Shown: piece by piece, positions 13,641 to 26,734 of the stretch | How positions within the stretch are numbered: position 1 is the first letter of the stretch | Layout: each line of letters opens with the position of its first letter | Assembly (NCBI GenBank): GCA_965153455.1 | Contig: OZ234494.1 | Span: forward strand, 5,580,001-5,644,000 | DNA: 64,000 bases | From: Sphagnum compactum | Taxonomy: Eukaryota | Reading direction: 5' to 3' | Made by a program: the position numbers and the translations under genes | The notes under the pieces: model-generated | The model's input: only the letters and a program-made list of their open reading frames with translations | The model's database searches: none | What the model was told of the DNA's origin: nothing

Positions 13641-16600
13641 GGTGCCAAATGTGGCATGTTTCAAAGGACAAAAAATTGTGGGATAAAATGTTCTTTATGT
13701 TCAGGGTTAGGTCATTTGGAAGACAGGTGTTAGAAGAAACCTAAGGATGGGAAGTCCAACCCTGGAGCAGCAAATTTTTTGGAAGTATTATTAAATGATG
13801 AAGAGGCAACCATGCAACAACTTAACAAGCTATGTGGAAATGAGAATGTCTTCTCTTACACTCGAGTGCGTAGACGGAGGATGCTTGTTGAGGTGGCGCC
13901 AAGTGGAACTGTGTAGACTCTTAAAGCTACAGGAGGGGACAAGAATAAATAAAGAAACCTCGGTTAGATTTAAGATTTTTTCCCACTTCATTAAAGGGAA
14001 AATTTCCCTTTCACCTATGGAGACAATTCTTATGATATCAAGGGAACTAAAACACCTTAAAAGTCTAGTAAAAATTGGCTAGACGAAAGAAAGATTCAGA
14101 AACAATGAACAACCAGGTATTTATGGTCTCAGCATCTCCAACAGTCATGAAGATTTGTATCGACAAAACACATCAGAGCAAGACTCTCCATTTGCTCATA
14201 GAAGTAAATAACTATGTGGTTGAGGGTCTAGTAGATTCTGGAGCATCCATGTCCGTCATGGTTGTTGCAGTAGTTAGAGAATTGGGCATAATGCATTTAG
14301 TCGCTGGATCTGAGACCTACAAAATTGCATCTAGAGTCGTTACACAAGGTATGGGGAGAATTAACGAAGTACTTGTCAAGGTTGGAGGTGTAGAATGTAC
14401 CATGACCTTTATGGTGGTAGACACTGACAACCATGACATATTGCTTGGATTGGATTTTTAGATAAAAATTGGTGCAATCGTGGATGTGGAATGAAGCTTG
14501 ACCAAGTGAAGCATGGTCCAGGAGCCAATGTGGAGGTATTACCATTAATTATGGTGAATATGCTGCAGAGGATAAACTCAGAAGTTGTGATGTGTGATGT
14601 CACTACTGCCTTAGAACACACAGATCATTGGTGACTCTAATATGACTATTAGGATTCCGTATTAGTACAATTCCATCATACCCAAAGGAGTGGATGTCCC
14701 TATTTCAGATTTGGACATTGATACAAATAATAATGAACATTGTGATGAAGGGTTTCACCAGGTTGAACATATTGGTGATGAGAATGAATTTTGGGGTATT
14801 GAGTTTAAAGATCTGGTCCTTTCAAAAGGACCACAATAGATTCTATAACTAATACTGTAAGAACAAGTTGATGGGTTTATGGAAGAAGAAATAACAGATG
14901 CACAAGACTATGTTGATTGGCTTAAATGGGTTTTTGATGCAGAAAGAAGGAGACAGACCATGTTTGAGTCTACAAACTATGAAAACATTATAATACTACT
15001 ACAAGTTCATGAAGCAAAAGGTGGTGACTTCAATAACAACTCTAGCAAGAAGTTAACATCATCTGACAGTGATGAAATAAGCATAAGATGGAAGGAAATC
15101 TATCAGAAAATCCAAATAGATCCTACTTTGGATAAAGAAAAGAAACAACAATTGTGGAAGGTTCTAGGATGTTACCAAGATGTTTTCACTTGGAATAAAG
15201 GTGAACTTGGATGTTGCACCATTGGAGAACATGTTGTGGATACACAAGGGTTCCCACCTTGCAAGGTATCCTTTGGTCAATTGCCCTATTGGGAGGAGGT
15301 AGAAGTAAAGAGACAAATTGATGTTTTGGTAGATTTGGGCAAGATGAAACCCAACAACTTTGAGTATGCATGTTGCATCACTTTGCTAATCAAAAGGGAT
15401 GGGAGTAGGTGTTTCTATGGAGATTATCGACCGTTCAACATGCAGACCTGTCGAGACTCGTTTCCAATGCCACTTGTTGATGATGTGATTACCCAACTGG
15501 GAAAATCCTTTTAGTTTATTACATTGGATTGCAGTCTAGTTTCTGAAAAATTTAGATGGCACTGGAAAATATGAAAAAGACAACATTAATCACTAAGACT
15601 GGATTGTATGACTAGACGGTCATGCTATTTGGTCTTAAAAATGCAACCAACACTTTTACCATGATAATATCAAAAGTTCTTAAGGAGTTGGGGGACAATT
15701 TCTTGAAAGTATTTGTTGATGATCTCAATGTGCACAACAAGAGTTGGGAGGAACATCTTCAACATTTGGATGTTGTGTTTCTTAAACTCAGGGAAGTGAA
15801 CCTGAAGTTAAACTCGAGTAAATGTTGTTTTGTTGCAAAAAATATCACATGTTTAGGCCATGTGGTTAGTAATGAAAGCACCAAACCAAACCCTGGTAAA
15901 ATTGATGCAGTTTTGCATTTCCTAAAACCAAAGATGGTCACCAACATCAAGACTTTTCTGGGCCTAACTGGGTATTGCTGGAATTATGTTCGGGGTAATT
16001 CACGACTGCTACTTTGTTGTTTGAGTTGACAAAAAGGGACGTTGACTTTGTATGGGATTTGGGATGTCAACAAGCATGTGAAGTTCTAAAAAACACACTT
16101 GTTGATGCGCATGTGCTTATACAGCCTGATTTCAACAAACAATTTTACCTTGATGTTGATTGGTCACCAAAAGGTGTTGGAGCCATCTTGTCACAAAGAG
16201 AGGGCAAATTTGAGAAGGTGGTGGCTTATGTAGCAAAAGTTTAACGGTAGCACAAAAGAAGTTCCACCCCATGGAAGGGGAATGCTACACACTGATCTAG
16301 GGCATGATGCATTTCAGACAGTACCTACATATTAATCATTTTATTCTAAGAACATATCACAAACCACTTGAATGGTTAACAACAATGTCAGATGCGCATG
16401 GCAAGAAAGGTAGGTGGATTGATATGTTGTAAGATTGCAGTTTAAAGATATCACTAACCAGGATTCAAACATACAAATGTGGATGCCTTGAGCAGAAATT
16501 GTGTGGGTCTAACCATGGATGATGATGACTTTAATGAAGAGATCCAGAACATTCGGAGTGTACAAGCTAACACGCCTAGAGCAAAAAATAAAATCTACTC

Positions 16601-18308
16601 TACTTAGACTAGTAAAGGTTCAGAGTGGCTTGGTTTCAGGAAACAAGTAAAAAAACTTTCACAACATCATAAATGTTGTTTTAGCATCAACCACCGCCGT
16701 TATTCAAGGGATCATCAATTTTATATGCTTGATGTTGTACCAAAGGTAAATCAAAATAAGGAGCTTGCCTTGCATATGGAGGAGATTAAAGCAACAGACA
16801 TTGAAGGAAATGATATTTCTGAGGACTACTAATGGGAAACAAGCACCAAAAAAAAAGTTACCTAAATACTATGACAAACAATAGCAATTGGAGCTGGTGT
16901 TGGCAGCTCAAGAATTACTTGAATTTGATGACCACGACTTGGTTTGCACAAACTCTGATGAAGAGGAAAAATGTTGGACGGACATAAAGGACATTGACAT
17001 CTGGAAGGACGTAACTTGCATGAAATTGTTGAATGAAGCATACTACCGGTCATAGTTGATCTTGAGGAGAGCAAGAGAGCAAGCAAGATAATAATAAATT
17101 ATCATTGGCTAGATCAAAGGCTTTACTTCAAGGGGTTGTTTGTGCCTAAACTAAAGGAAAGAATGGCAATGATAATTGCATGAATATTTGGGGCATTTTG
17201 GAAAACAAAGGACCTTGACTAAAATCTGTAGGTCATACTTCTGGCATAATAGGACAGAGGATGTCAAAACAGTTGTGAAAATGTGCCAACAGTGCCAAAT
17301 GGTGAGAAAAATGGGTAGCATTCATTCTGAGGATGAAAATTTGAAGAGTATACCTATTTGGGAACTATTTTATAGGGTTGCTATGGATATTGCAGGACCA
17401 TTACCTAAACCCAAGTTAAGAAACAAATATATTTTGGTTGCCATCAATCATTACTCAAAAAGGTGCGAGGCAAAAGCTGTTGCTGACCATGGTGCTAAGA
17501 CAACAACCAAGTTTTTGAGGATGATGTAATCTGTAGATACGAAGTTCCCAAGTTTGTGCTAACTGATAATGGAGGGGAGTGGGCAGCAAAATTTGATGTT
17601 ATGTGTAGGGACTATGTTATCCACCATCAACACACAACACCCCAATGGCCATAGTGCAATGGGATGGCTAAATGTTTGATCGAAACTATTAAGCATGGCA
17701 TCACCATGCTCTGTGCAACACCATAAAATGTGGACGATTGGGATGAACAATTGGCCAAAATCATGTTTGGATATAGATGTGGGATTCAAGCCAACACCAA
17801 GTTTTTTCCCTTCATGATAATGACTGGGTGTACACCACATCTTAGGGTTGACAACTACCTACATTCCTTGACTGCTATGATTGACGACACTGTTGGTGCA
17901 GAAACTATTGCAAAACAATTCTTCCAAAAGATGAAGTTGATAACAAACATCCATGAAAATGTTCTGCTCAATGTGGAGCAAGCACAAAAGAAGTAGAAGA
18001 ATACCTATGCTACCAGAAAAAGGAAGCAAAAATTTGAAGGATTGGTTGCTAGACTGACAATGGTCAAAATAAAAAACTATGGAAGAAGAAAGCTTTAACT
18101 TTGAGTTGGGAAGGTCCATACCAATTTGTTGGACATGTAGATGGGAATGGTAATGTTGATTTTGAAAAAGGCAACATGTTATGCATCATTAAAGATGTTG
18201 ATGGGCATTAGTGGGAAAGATCACGCAGGGATTTATAGATTTATCATGTTCTATAGGACTGAAAGAAACTGAGGGACTCAACTTTTTTAAGAAGGGAGGG
18301 GTTACATA

Positions 18309-19030
18309 TGTGACTTGATAAGAAAGCAATTGGATAATATTCTCATGTAAACATATCAAGTTTTTAAGGTTTTAGTTTTAGTTTTCAATGGCCATCAACT
18401 TTCTGCATGTTAATGGCAGAAATTATTTTGTCATTGTTTGTTTCTCTAAGATAGCTGCAGCAATTACTGTTTCAAGAAAACTTATGAGCATGGGTAGGAA
18501 GTCTTGTTTGTTTATGTATTATGTAAAACTGATCGGCACCGAGCTATGGATGGTTAAGGAAGCTGCGGCATTGAATGGAGGCTTGGAGAGTAGGATAGTG
18601 GAAGGTAGGATAAAAAGGAGAATTCGGAAGCAATCTAGGCATGTTTTTCTCTTTTCATCATTTGTTTCAGGAAATGGTAGGTTTGACTTGTCGTGAATAG
18701 TAGTTGTTATATCTTATTTCCGCTACGCCAGTTACTACACTATGGCAAACAATATATCCTTGGTAAGAATAGATTCTATAAGGGGTTGATGTTGAGGATT
18801 GATGACAAAAAGAAGGAAGTCCGAGTTGTAGAAAAAGGGGCATGTAGAGGAATCAATATGCATTTTGAATGGGGATATTTGTTGAGTCTTTCTTTAATCC
18901 ATGTTGTAGGGTAAGTATATGAGTGAATACTAGAAGCTTTAGTGGGGTGTCCTTGGGTTGGGCAGAATGAGAGAAATAAGAACAAAAGTGGGAAGATAAT
19001 AGAGATATATCTATAGCCCATACCTACACA
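18309..19030 (+). repeat. 3' LTR of the gypsy element
   Basis: tgtgact...cccatacctacaca, preceded by a polypurine tract. Confidence 0.92.
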
Positions 19031-19707
19031 AAAATCTGTCTTTCCTGAGTGGTTTTATTCAACTTAGTATATGTCACTCATACTTTGGTTCGAACATTGA
19101 GATCAAGATGTCTCTCAGATTAAGGTTTATTAGACAAGGAACTTAATGTTTCTTTGTATTGTTGCATTTGTTGGAGATGGGTTAGTAGCTCACATGGACT
19201 GATTGAACATTGAGGGTTCTGACCTCAAGCTATACCTCGGTGGATTTTAGACTTTTCAAATATGGTTTTGTACATGGCAGCAAATTGTTTGTTGCCATTA
19301 TGACAATTTAATGAAAGATCACCATGTATGTACTAGTTGGCAATTCACACATAGAACATTAAACCTTGTTCTGACAGATTAGTAGCACCAATGAAATTTC
19401 TGGTAGCATCCGGTTTGTAGTCTCGGCAATGTAAGTTGTCGAAATTAATGGTGTTTTAGAAATCCCAAGGTTTGTATTTCTACTATGAGTTACTTATGCA
19501 CAAGAGATTCTTTTTTTTATACACTCTTCTTTTTTGGTTACACTGGATCCACTAAGAGAAAAGAAGGAAGCTTCTCATTCAAGTGCCCAAAGCCAAGTCA
19601 CTAAGACCAACAATCATAAATGAATTTTGTTATATTGTAATAGCTCGGTAGATTTGGGCACTAAATGTTTAATTATATATTTGGGTTCCATGTTGCTTCA
19701 CACTACC

Positions 19708-20116
19708 TGTGACAATGATCAAATTATTTTTATGAACATAATAATGTTGTTGTAATCAATTTTGTCTTTTCAAAAGATAAAATTTTATAAATTTCACTAT
19801 ATGTCATTTTGTTTTATTAATCTTTTTCATCTTGATTTGGTAGGCAAAATGTCAACAAAAGTAGTTCAATTCATTAGATAAGTTCACAATAAGATATAAA
19901 TAGACAAAAGAAAAAGAACATTGAAAGAGTGTAAGAATAATAACAAGATACAAATAGAAAAAAATATTAAAAGGGTGCAAGACAAACAACAACAAAAAAT
20001 GAATTTGATCTATGATGAATTATAATCCAAAATCACTCTAGAATTGTCACAGCAATGATCACCAAAATACCCATCTTACATAAACCAGTTCCCATGAAAC
20101 ATTGTCACTGGAATTT
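19708..20116 (-). repeat. ~410 bp dispersed repeat, copy 2
   Basis: Its reverse complement matches 4641-5056. Confidence 0.85.
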
Positions 20117-20990
20117 TTTACATGAGTAAAATTGAAGAAAAATATTAAAGTATTCAACAAAGATATCATTTGATTGTCATTTTGTCTATCAAGGTACTGC
20201 ATTTCCAGGTTAAAAAATTAGAAGATAATTTTCAAGATTTCAGCATTAAAATTTTTTATTTTGAAAATTGCTGATTTCTTTTTCTAACAATTAATTATTG
20301 CTGAATCTGTTAGGCTAGTACAATATTTTAAATCATGCACAAGGAAACATTTACCTACCTAATTAGCCAAAACCTAGCCTAGCTAGTAGGCTAGGTGGAC
20401 AACCTAAGCTTGAGCTACAATAGGTTCTCTCAATATGCATATAGCAATTCTATGAAAAGGTGAAGATATTTATTGCATGTGTGAGGACTTTCAGATGCAA
20501 TTCATTGAATTCCCACATTTGGGAATTCAATGAACTACAAATGTGAGAATTCATTGAAAAAAATGATGATCAAAATGTCAAATATTTTTTCATTATACAA
20601 ATCTAACAAAATGGAGAATGTATCATTTGACCATGCAAGGGGTCTCAGAGGCATAGGACATGACATATATATATAAATATAGCATGATCATATTCCCATG
20701 GAAAGTTTCTCAGGTTGCAGTGAAAAAATGAGCAGATGGCTGGGAGCTAGAGCATACCAAGGTTGTAGTATATGAGACCCAACTTCTGTGCTTTTGGTTT
20801 CTCTACCTTGATGAAGGTATGAGACAGTGCAATATTAGGGTCATGCGCTCAATTTTGTCCACATGTAAGATTATGATGGGCTTTTTGTTCCAGAGCCTTG
20901 TTCCTGCTATGAATGAGTCAGAACAAGTGCAAAACCTCCAATAATATTGAACTCAATTGGCTACTTTCACAAGATGAAAGAAGAAAGTCT

Positions 20991-23900
20991 CTAAACAAAT
21001 TTTGCCTGTGTCAAGCTATCTTTTGGTGACGATTGATCAGCAAGCAGTTGTTTAGTCCTCTCAAGAACCGCAAAGAAAATGGAGCCTCCAATGCCAATCC
21101 ACAAAACCCTTGGACCAACCCCCTGCCACATCCAACTCCAAGAAACTTCTCAGATGACAGACAGAGCAAATTGGATATGCTGGACTAGAACAATGAAAAA
21201 GTCTTAGACAGGAGGAAGGAAAGTTGCCCTTGCCTTGAGCAATGCACCTGCACCTTCTTCTTGAATAATCTTTGACACACAATCCCCAATGCCCTTATAC
21301 CTTCCGTGTGCACCCTGAGTAAACCATGCAAAACCTCAATTCAAATACTGGTTCAGTCAAAATAAAATCAAAGATACAGGGAAAGCCATTACTGGAATCA
21401 TGACATCAAATAATACACAAATCAATCTAAAAATGACATGCTATCTTCACATTGCATCATCCCATGACAAAAGAATACTGATCCAAAATCCAAGGCCTAG
21501 GGCCACCAGAAATAGGGTATATAATGTGCCTGTGTCATCAGCCGGGTCTTGATGACATCAAGTGGTGTTGTGACCGCACCAGTAATTGCACCTGCAGGAG
21601 CATAGAGCTACTCTAATCAGGAAGAGAAACAAATGTATGAAGCTAGTGGCCCTCATGCTTCTTTCTCTCTGTCTGACCACACTGTACCACAGATCAATAG
21701 CTTTGCTGAGTGCCATCTACTAAACTGATAAGCAGAGTGTTGTCCATACCAGATGCTGCACCAATGATGGCAGTTTCAGCATCTACAAGATCTCTCTTCA
21801 CCTGCAAAAGCACCAACAAAGTCCTTCATGGATTTGCAGTTCAATGCTAGTCAAACATAGATGCATTTGCTAACACAGTACAATGGAACACCACAAGATC
21901 CTTCTTTGCTATACCCTGGTTTCATAAGTTCAATACACAGAACATATAAAGATGCTTCCCCCTCTGAACTGGACTCTAGGAGCTTCCAACAAGGTACTGA
22001 CCTGCAGTCCCTGTGATTGGGCAGACACCTCATAAATGAATATATATGGAACTCTCTTTACAAAAACATATGTTCCAGAAACGTTATTTGAGTACCAGTT
22101 TTCGACAGACAATCCGGAGCTGCTCATAAATGCAGAACTGAATTGCATCAAAGGGCAAGTCTCGTAACAAAAATGATCCAAATCCCTGCTCACAGTACCA
22201 TCCAATCCATAATATCCAGCTTCATTAATTTTGTGAATGTTGATGACAAAGACATAAAGATCAACATAGAACTGCAGACGCCCCAGGATAGAAGTTCCTC
22301 ATGTTACACAGGGCTTTCATACCGCATAGAGACCTCCGACACCTTCAGCACCCACGATTTGTCTAACTGCTCCATGTGCAGATGCAAACTGCCCTGTTTG
22401 CATTCTTTGCTTCACTACCTACATATTGAAACAAGTTTAGTGATGTGTACTTCCACTGCATTGTGTGCAATCAATTCTCAACCTTCAGATGTTAAGTTTG
22501 GACAGTCTTATTAAATGCACCTCAGTGGGGACTCGAACTAGAGATGCTGTCAAGCCTCCTGCAGCTCCAGCTGCCTGCCATCCAACATTTCACACCATCC
22601 CTAGATTTTTGACTGTCACATCTCTTTGAACATGCTAACATTCCAATTCAGAATCTTCATAGCCACAACTCTGGTGAAATCTGCATGGCATAGAACACAC
22701 TCCATGATGAGCCCCAGAGCCTCTTACCAAATGTGCAACAGAGCTCAGATGGTCTGGGAAGATGCCAAGCAGCTTGCGCTTCAATGGTTCATAAACACCC
22801 ACAAATATTGCTGAGGCCCTGCTTGCAATCACAGGAGATACATATGAGGAAAGAAAATGGCTTTGACTCTGGTGCAGCAAGATGAAGAACACTATACATC
22901 AAGCACCAAGAAGAGAGATGGACACTATGAAACCTTCTAAAAGCCTTAAGGCGTGGAGATTGTAGGAGTGCAAAGAGATGCAATCAGGAGTGACAACTAA
23001 TTATCAAGGAAGGAGAAGAGCGCAAACAGAGGAGGCAGCAAGAGAGAGAGTACGAGAAGGTACGGACGGTAAAACACCAGCAAGATTGCCAGAAAGGCCT
23101 GAGTATAGGCCTTTAAACACTATGCCACCACCAGAGTGTGCTACCTGTCCAAGAGTTGCATTCCCCACAAACCCAACTAGCTTCAACAAGTGGGAAAACC
23201 AAATTGAACAAAACCTGAAACACATGTAGCTCCATAAAACAGTTTGAATGCAAGCATTACAACCCATCTACGCACTACATGTCAAAGATTTTTGACAGTT
23301 TTAAGTGCCAATTGTAGGTCATTGCTGATGATCAACTTGTTCACCATGAAGAAAGCTAACCTGGAGACGGGTTTTGATTGTGTCAATCGGGTACAAGACA
23401 GTCTCCACTACAACACCTGCAGTGGCTCCAGCTACTGCTCCCTCTGTTGCACCAAACCATTTGCATGATCAAAACCAGGAACATGCCAAAAATAAAACTA
23501 GAGAACAGGTTTTGAGCCCACCATTTTTCCTTGTAGCTTCATACCTGCATTTATAAATGAGAAGAAATGCAAGAGAAGAAGGTGGGGCATGGACACTTTA
23601 CGGAGCAGGATCTGGAAAAAATTGGGGGGTGCTTGTGACTCCACAACAGAAGTTGCCACCAGTTGCACAGGATTCTTCTGCTGGCTGGATGCATTTGCAG
23701 ACCTTTGTCTGCGTCTTTGTCTCCTTGTCACATTACCTGCATCAACTAACACCACAACTCTTGGCATTCGAACAATTCAACATGTTATCTACATGCTTAT
23801 CCAGGGCAGCGACACATAAAAAGTTAGGGTTAGGGTTTCTGGATATTTTCAGCAAGAAATGTCACATCAACTACCAAACATGTGCAAGCATATTCCCAGG

Positions 23901-24475
23901 TCTAACTGGAAGTTCCCCCTTGGAGTTTCGAAACGTTCGGATCAGGGGGTTGACATTTCTAGGTCCAAGGACACACAAAAAAAAGAGAGAAAGGCCCGCA
24001 GATTCAGCAGACAGTACGAGGGAAGAGAAAGCTTGTTCACCTGGAATCTCATCAGCAATTTCGCAAAAAGAAGGGCCCTGCATTTCCACACCCCAAGACA
24101 CGGAAACCCTCGACCTCAGGGAGCGAGACAACGGTGTCGAAAGTGAGAAGAGAACACCATTTTATTTTTTTCGAAGCCAAAAACTCTGCATGAAGAGTCA
24201 CGGGGAAAAAAAAACAAAACACAAGGGAGTTCAGAAACCTAAGCTTTTTGTAAAGAAGAAAAAAACACCACAAATAAGAACAGATGGAGGAGCTACTACA
24301 GGTTCAAAACAGTCTGTCGACTCAGACATCTCCCTTCCCCCACCTGGTGACGACGACTGTGCGAAGAAGAGGAAGAATGCGACGACTTCAAGAGAGACGA
24401 AGACGTCGAGCGTATATGCACATGCTCGCCGTCGAAACCCGAGTGCTGCCGCAGACGGAAAAGCGACACCGCCAT
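20991..24475 (-). CDS. SAMC1: S-adenosylmethionine carrier (mitochondrial carrier family, SAMC1-like) with a Ser-rich transit-peptide-like N-terminus; ~13 coding exons
   Basis: Frame-consistent exons: 24475-24344 (MAVSLFRLRQHSG...SSHSSSSSHSRRHQ), 24077-24041 and 23736-23602. These are followed by GAVAGATAGVVVETVLYPIDTIKTRLQ, GLYSGLSGNLAGVLP, ASAIFVGVYE, LVRVPTEVVKQRMQ, LRDLPFDAIQFCIYEQ, TTPLDVIKTRLM and GVGPRVLWIGIGGSIFF...AKFV* (21122-20991). Three PX[D/E]XX[K/R] carrier signatures. Confidence 0.93.
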
Positions 24476-24597
24476 CACCGCAACAAAACCTGGAAGCTTG
24501 CAAACCGACCGTTCTCGACGAGCTTCCCCTTCACGGCGACGAAAGCAAAAACCCACGACAGAGAAGCAAAGCTCGCGGAAAGCCTAACCAGAACCAC

Positions 24598-24925
24598 CAG
24601 CTCTATCTCTTCACTCCTGTTAGACAGGAACTGTGTTGTTTTCGTGGGAACGGCTAGCCCGGGTGCTAAACTGTTGTACTTACACGGGCGCGATCCGAAA
24701 ACCCAACTCTCGCGGAAACCCTAACTAAGACCACCCGCTCTATACCTTCACTCCTGTTATATAGGAACTCCGTTTATCTTATGGGAACAGTTATCCCGGG
24801 TGCTATGTTGTGCTTGATACGCGCGCGCAATCTGAAAACCGACCATACTTATCACCCACCCTATCTCTTCACTCTTGTTATAGAGGAACTCTATTATCTT
24901 TGTGGGAAAAGCTAGCCCGGGTGCT
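24598..24925. repeat. Three degenerate tandem copies of a ~125-137 bp unit upstream of SAMC
   Basis: ctctat(c/a)..cttcactc(c/t)tgtta....ggaact....gggaa..g.ta.cccgggtgct starts at ~24601, ~24738 and ~24860. Confidence 0.85.
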
Positions 24926-24939
24926 TGCTACTCTTCGGT

Positions 24940-25387
24940 CTGGGACTCTTATCTAAAGGCCATGGGTCCAATTTATGGCTCTCATCCAATAAGATTGCTC
25001 TATTTTATTGGACCCTAGACCTTGGACCCTCATCTAGTGTGACCCTTACGCCCACTTCAGATGGGGATCCAGGGTCCTAAGAACCAATTGGGACTCATGT
25101 GAAGCAAATTGACTCCTTGACTTGGACCTTACCTCAGACCCCTAGCTTGCATCTTGGTTCTTCAAATCATGAGCTCCTCCTTTGAGGTCTTTTATTAAGG
25201 TCCAAACCAAGTGATTTTCCCTCCAAAATGGTTCATGTAGGTATAATAGTAGCCTGGATTGGCCACTTTTTTGGTCTTAGACTCTCATCTAAAGGCCATG
25301 GGTCCAATTTATGGCTCTTGTCCATCAGGATTGCTCTATTTGTTTTATCGGACCCAGGACCTTGGACCCTCACCTAAAGTGACCCTT
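24940..25387. repeat. Direct repeat pair (~105 bp) at 24940-25047 and 25278-25387
   Basis: gactct(t/c)atctaaaggccatgggtccaatttatggctc...gaccttggaccctca...gtgaccctta occurs twice. Confidence 0.8.
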
Positions 25388-26734
25388 AATAATTTATGTG
25401 TTAAGGAAAGGCTGTTTGTTGGGCCCTGGCCAGGGACTGTCTAATTCAGGCCAAAATGCACTATAATGTCTCTTTTCATACCAGAATGTAATTTCATGTA
25501 GCCAATGGGAAGGCTCAGCTTGCACTCAAAGTGCCTTGATTTTTTTTCCTTTCAAGTTTTGGGGTGGGGGGAAGATTTTTTATTTTTTATTTTTTATTTT
25601 TTTGGGGGGTTTCCAACATGTTCCCTTCAAGTTCCTAATGGGTTCGCATCAGCTTCCCAACATGTTCCGTAAGTTCCCAATGTGTTCCCAATAGCACCTC
25701 ACTTTAATCCCCTATGTTTTGCCCAAAGTCCTCCCCTTCTCACCTATATAGGTGGGCCAAAGGGCAAGGCACTCCATTTTTCCCTAGAGTCTTTTATTTG
25801 GGGGAGCCTCCATAGTTTCAACTTTTTTATTGTGATGGGCCAATCAAATTGGCTCATTGCAAAAAAAAAAAAAGAAAAGAAAAAAAGTTGGACTTGTGAG
25901 GCACCCCCAACTAATTAATATGAAACACAGAATAAGTACCCAGAATAGTGGGGCTTTGGTTGGTTTGTGAGAATTTCAAAGGATCAAAATGGAAATGGTA
26001 GAAAGGGACCCATTATACTCTCAAGGGAGGCCCCTTCACTCCCTACCTGTTCAATGTTGAGCAAAATAGGGTTTGTTTGTATCTAGGTCTGAAGATTTTT
26101 TTTTGTTTTTCAGGCCAATGGAATTGCTGGATTTGATGGGTTTTGAATTTTTTGTTTTCTATGTTATCTTGAGTGAAGTACAACTCTGTTGTTCAATGTG
26201 TACAGACAGGGTTCTTGTACATGTACATTACTTGTGCACTTTGTTCTCACTGTTAGAAGAACCCTCAAGTTATGTAAAAGAAACTAGCTGCAAGGAATGA
26301 ACTATCAAACGAAATAGGGTTGTCCATATGTAGGCCTGAAGAATATGTTTTTTCAGGCCAATGGGATCGCTGGATTTTGATGGTTTGAATTTTTTTTCTT
26401 AGCTATCTTGCGTGACCTTTTTCACTGTGTAATAGCTATTCACAGGCAGGGTTGAAAGAACCCTAAAGTTATGTAAAAGATAAAGGGGTGAACAAACGAT
26501 TCGGCGTGGTGGTGTGTCTTCTACGAAGCGCAATTGCCACCGCCTTTCCAAGCTTCCATGCACGCGCTGCCTGCCTAGGGTTCCCTGTTTCTGACACGCT
26601 CGCTCTATTCCTCGACTCTACTGCAGTGGTCGCGGTAGCTCTTCTGATTCTATATCTGTTAGTTTTTTTTTCCTTTTTCTTTCTCTTCCCTTCGCGTGGG
26701 GGGTTTGTGGTTTCGTGAGACAATCGTGAGGACT

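Larger units (their letters stand above)
11868..19030 (+). mobile_element. Full-length but decayed Ty3/gypsy LTR retrotransposon
   Basis: Two ~710-720 bp LTRs with TG...CA ends. Internal order is gag (CCHC knuckles), protease (LVDSGA, ~14230), RT (DYRPFN, FGLKNA, VFVDD ~15710), RNase H (LDVDWS...GAILSQ), integrase (HEYLGH..CQQC, MDIAGP, TDNGGE, GPY). PPT aagaagggaggg at 18289. Many stops and frameshifts. Confidence 0.95.

Noticed and set aside
19180-19230. tRNA/SINE-like A and B boxes (tagctcacatgg ... ggttctgacc)
   Set aside because: The box spacing is too short and no cloverleaf can be formed.
23557-24657. 366-aa plus-strand ORF
   Set aside because: It is antisense to SAMC exons 1-3 and their introns. 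The Lys/Ser-rich low-complexity product mirrors the opposite strand's T-rich introns, and no domain is recognisable.
25682-25918. 78-aa ORF MFPIAPHFNPLCFAQSPP...
   Set aside because: It starts at GTG, runs into a poly-A tract, and looks like part of a non-coding interspersed repeat rather than a gene.
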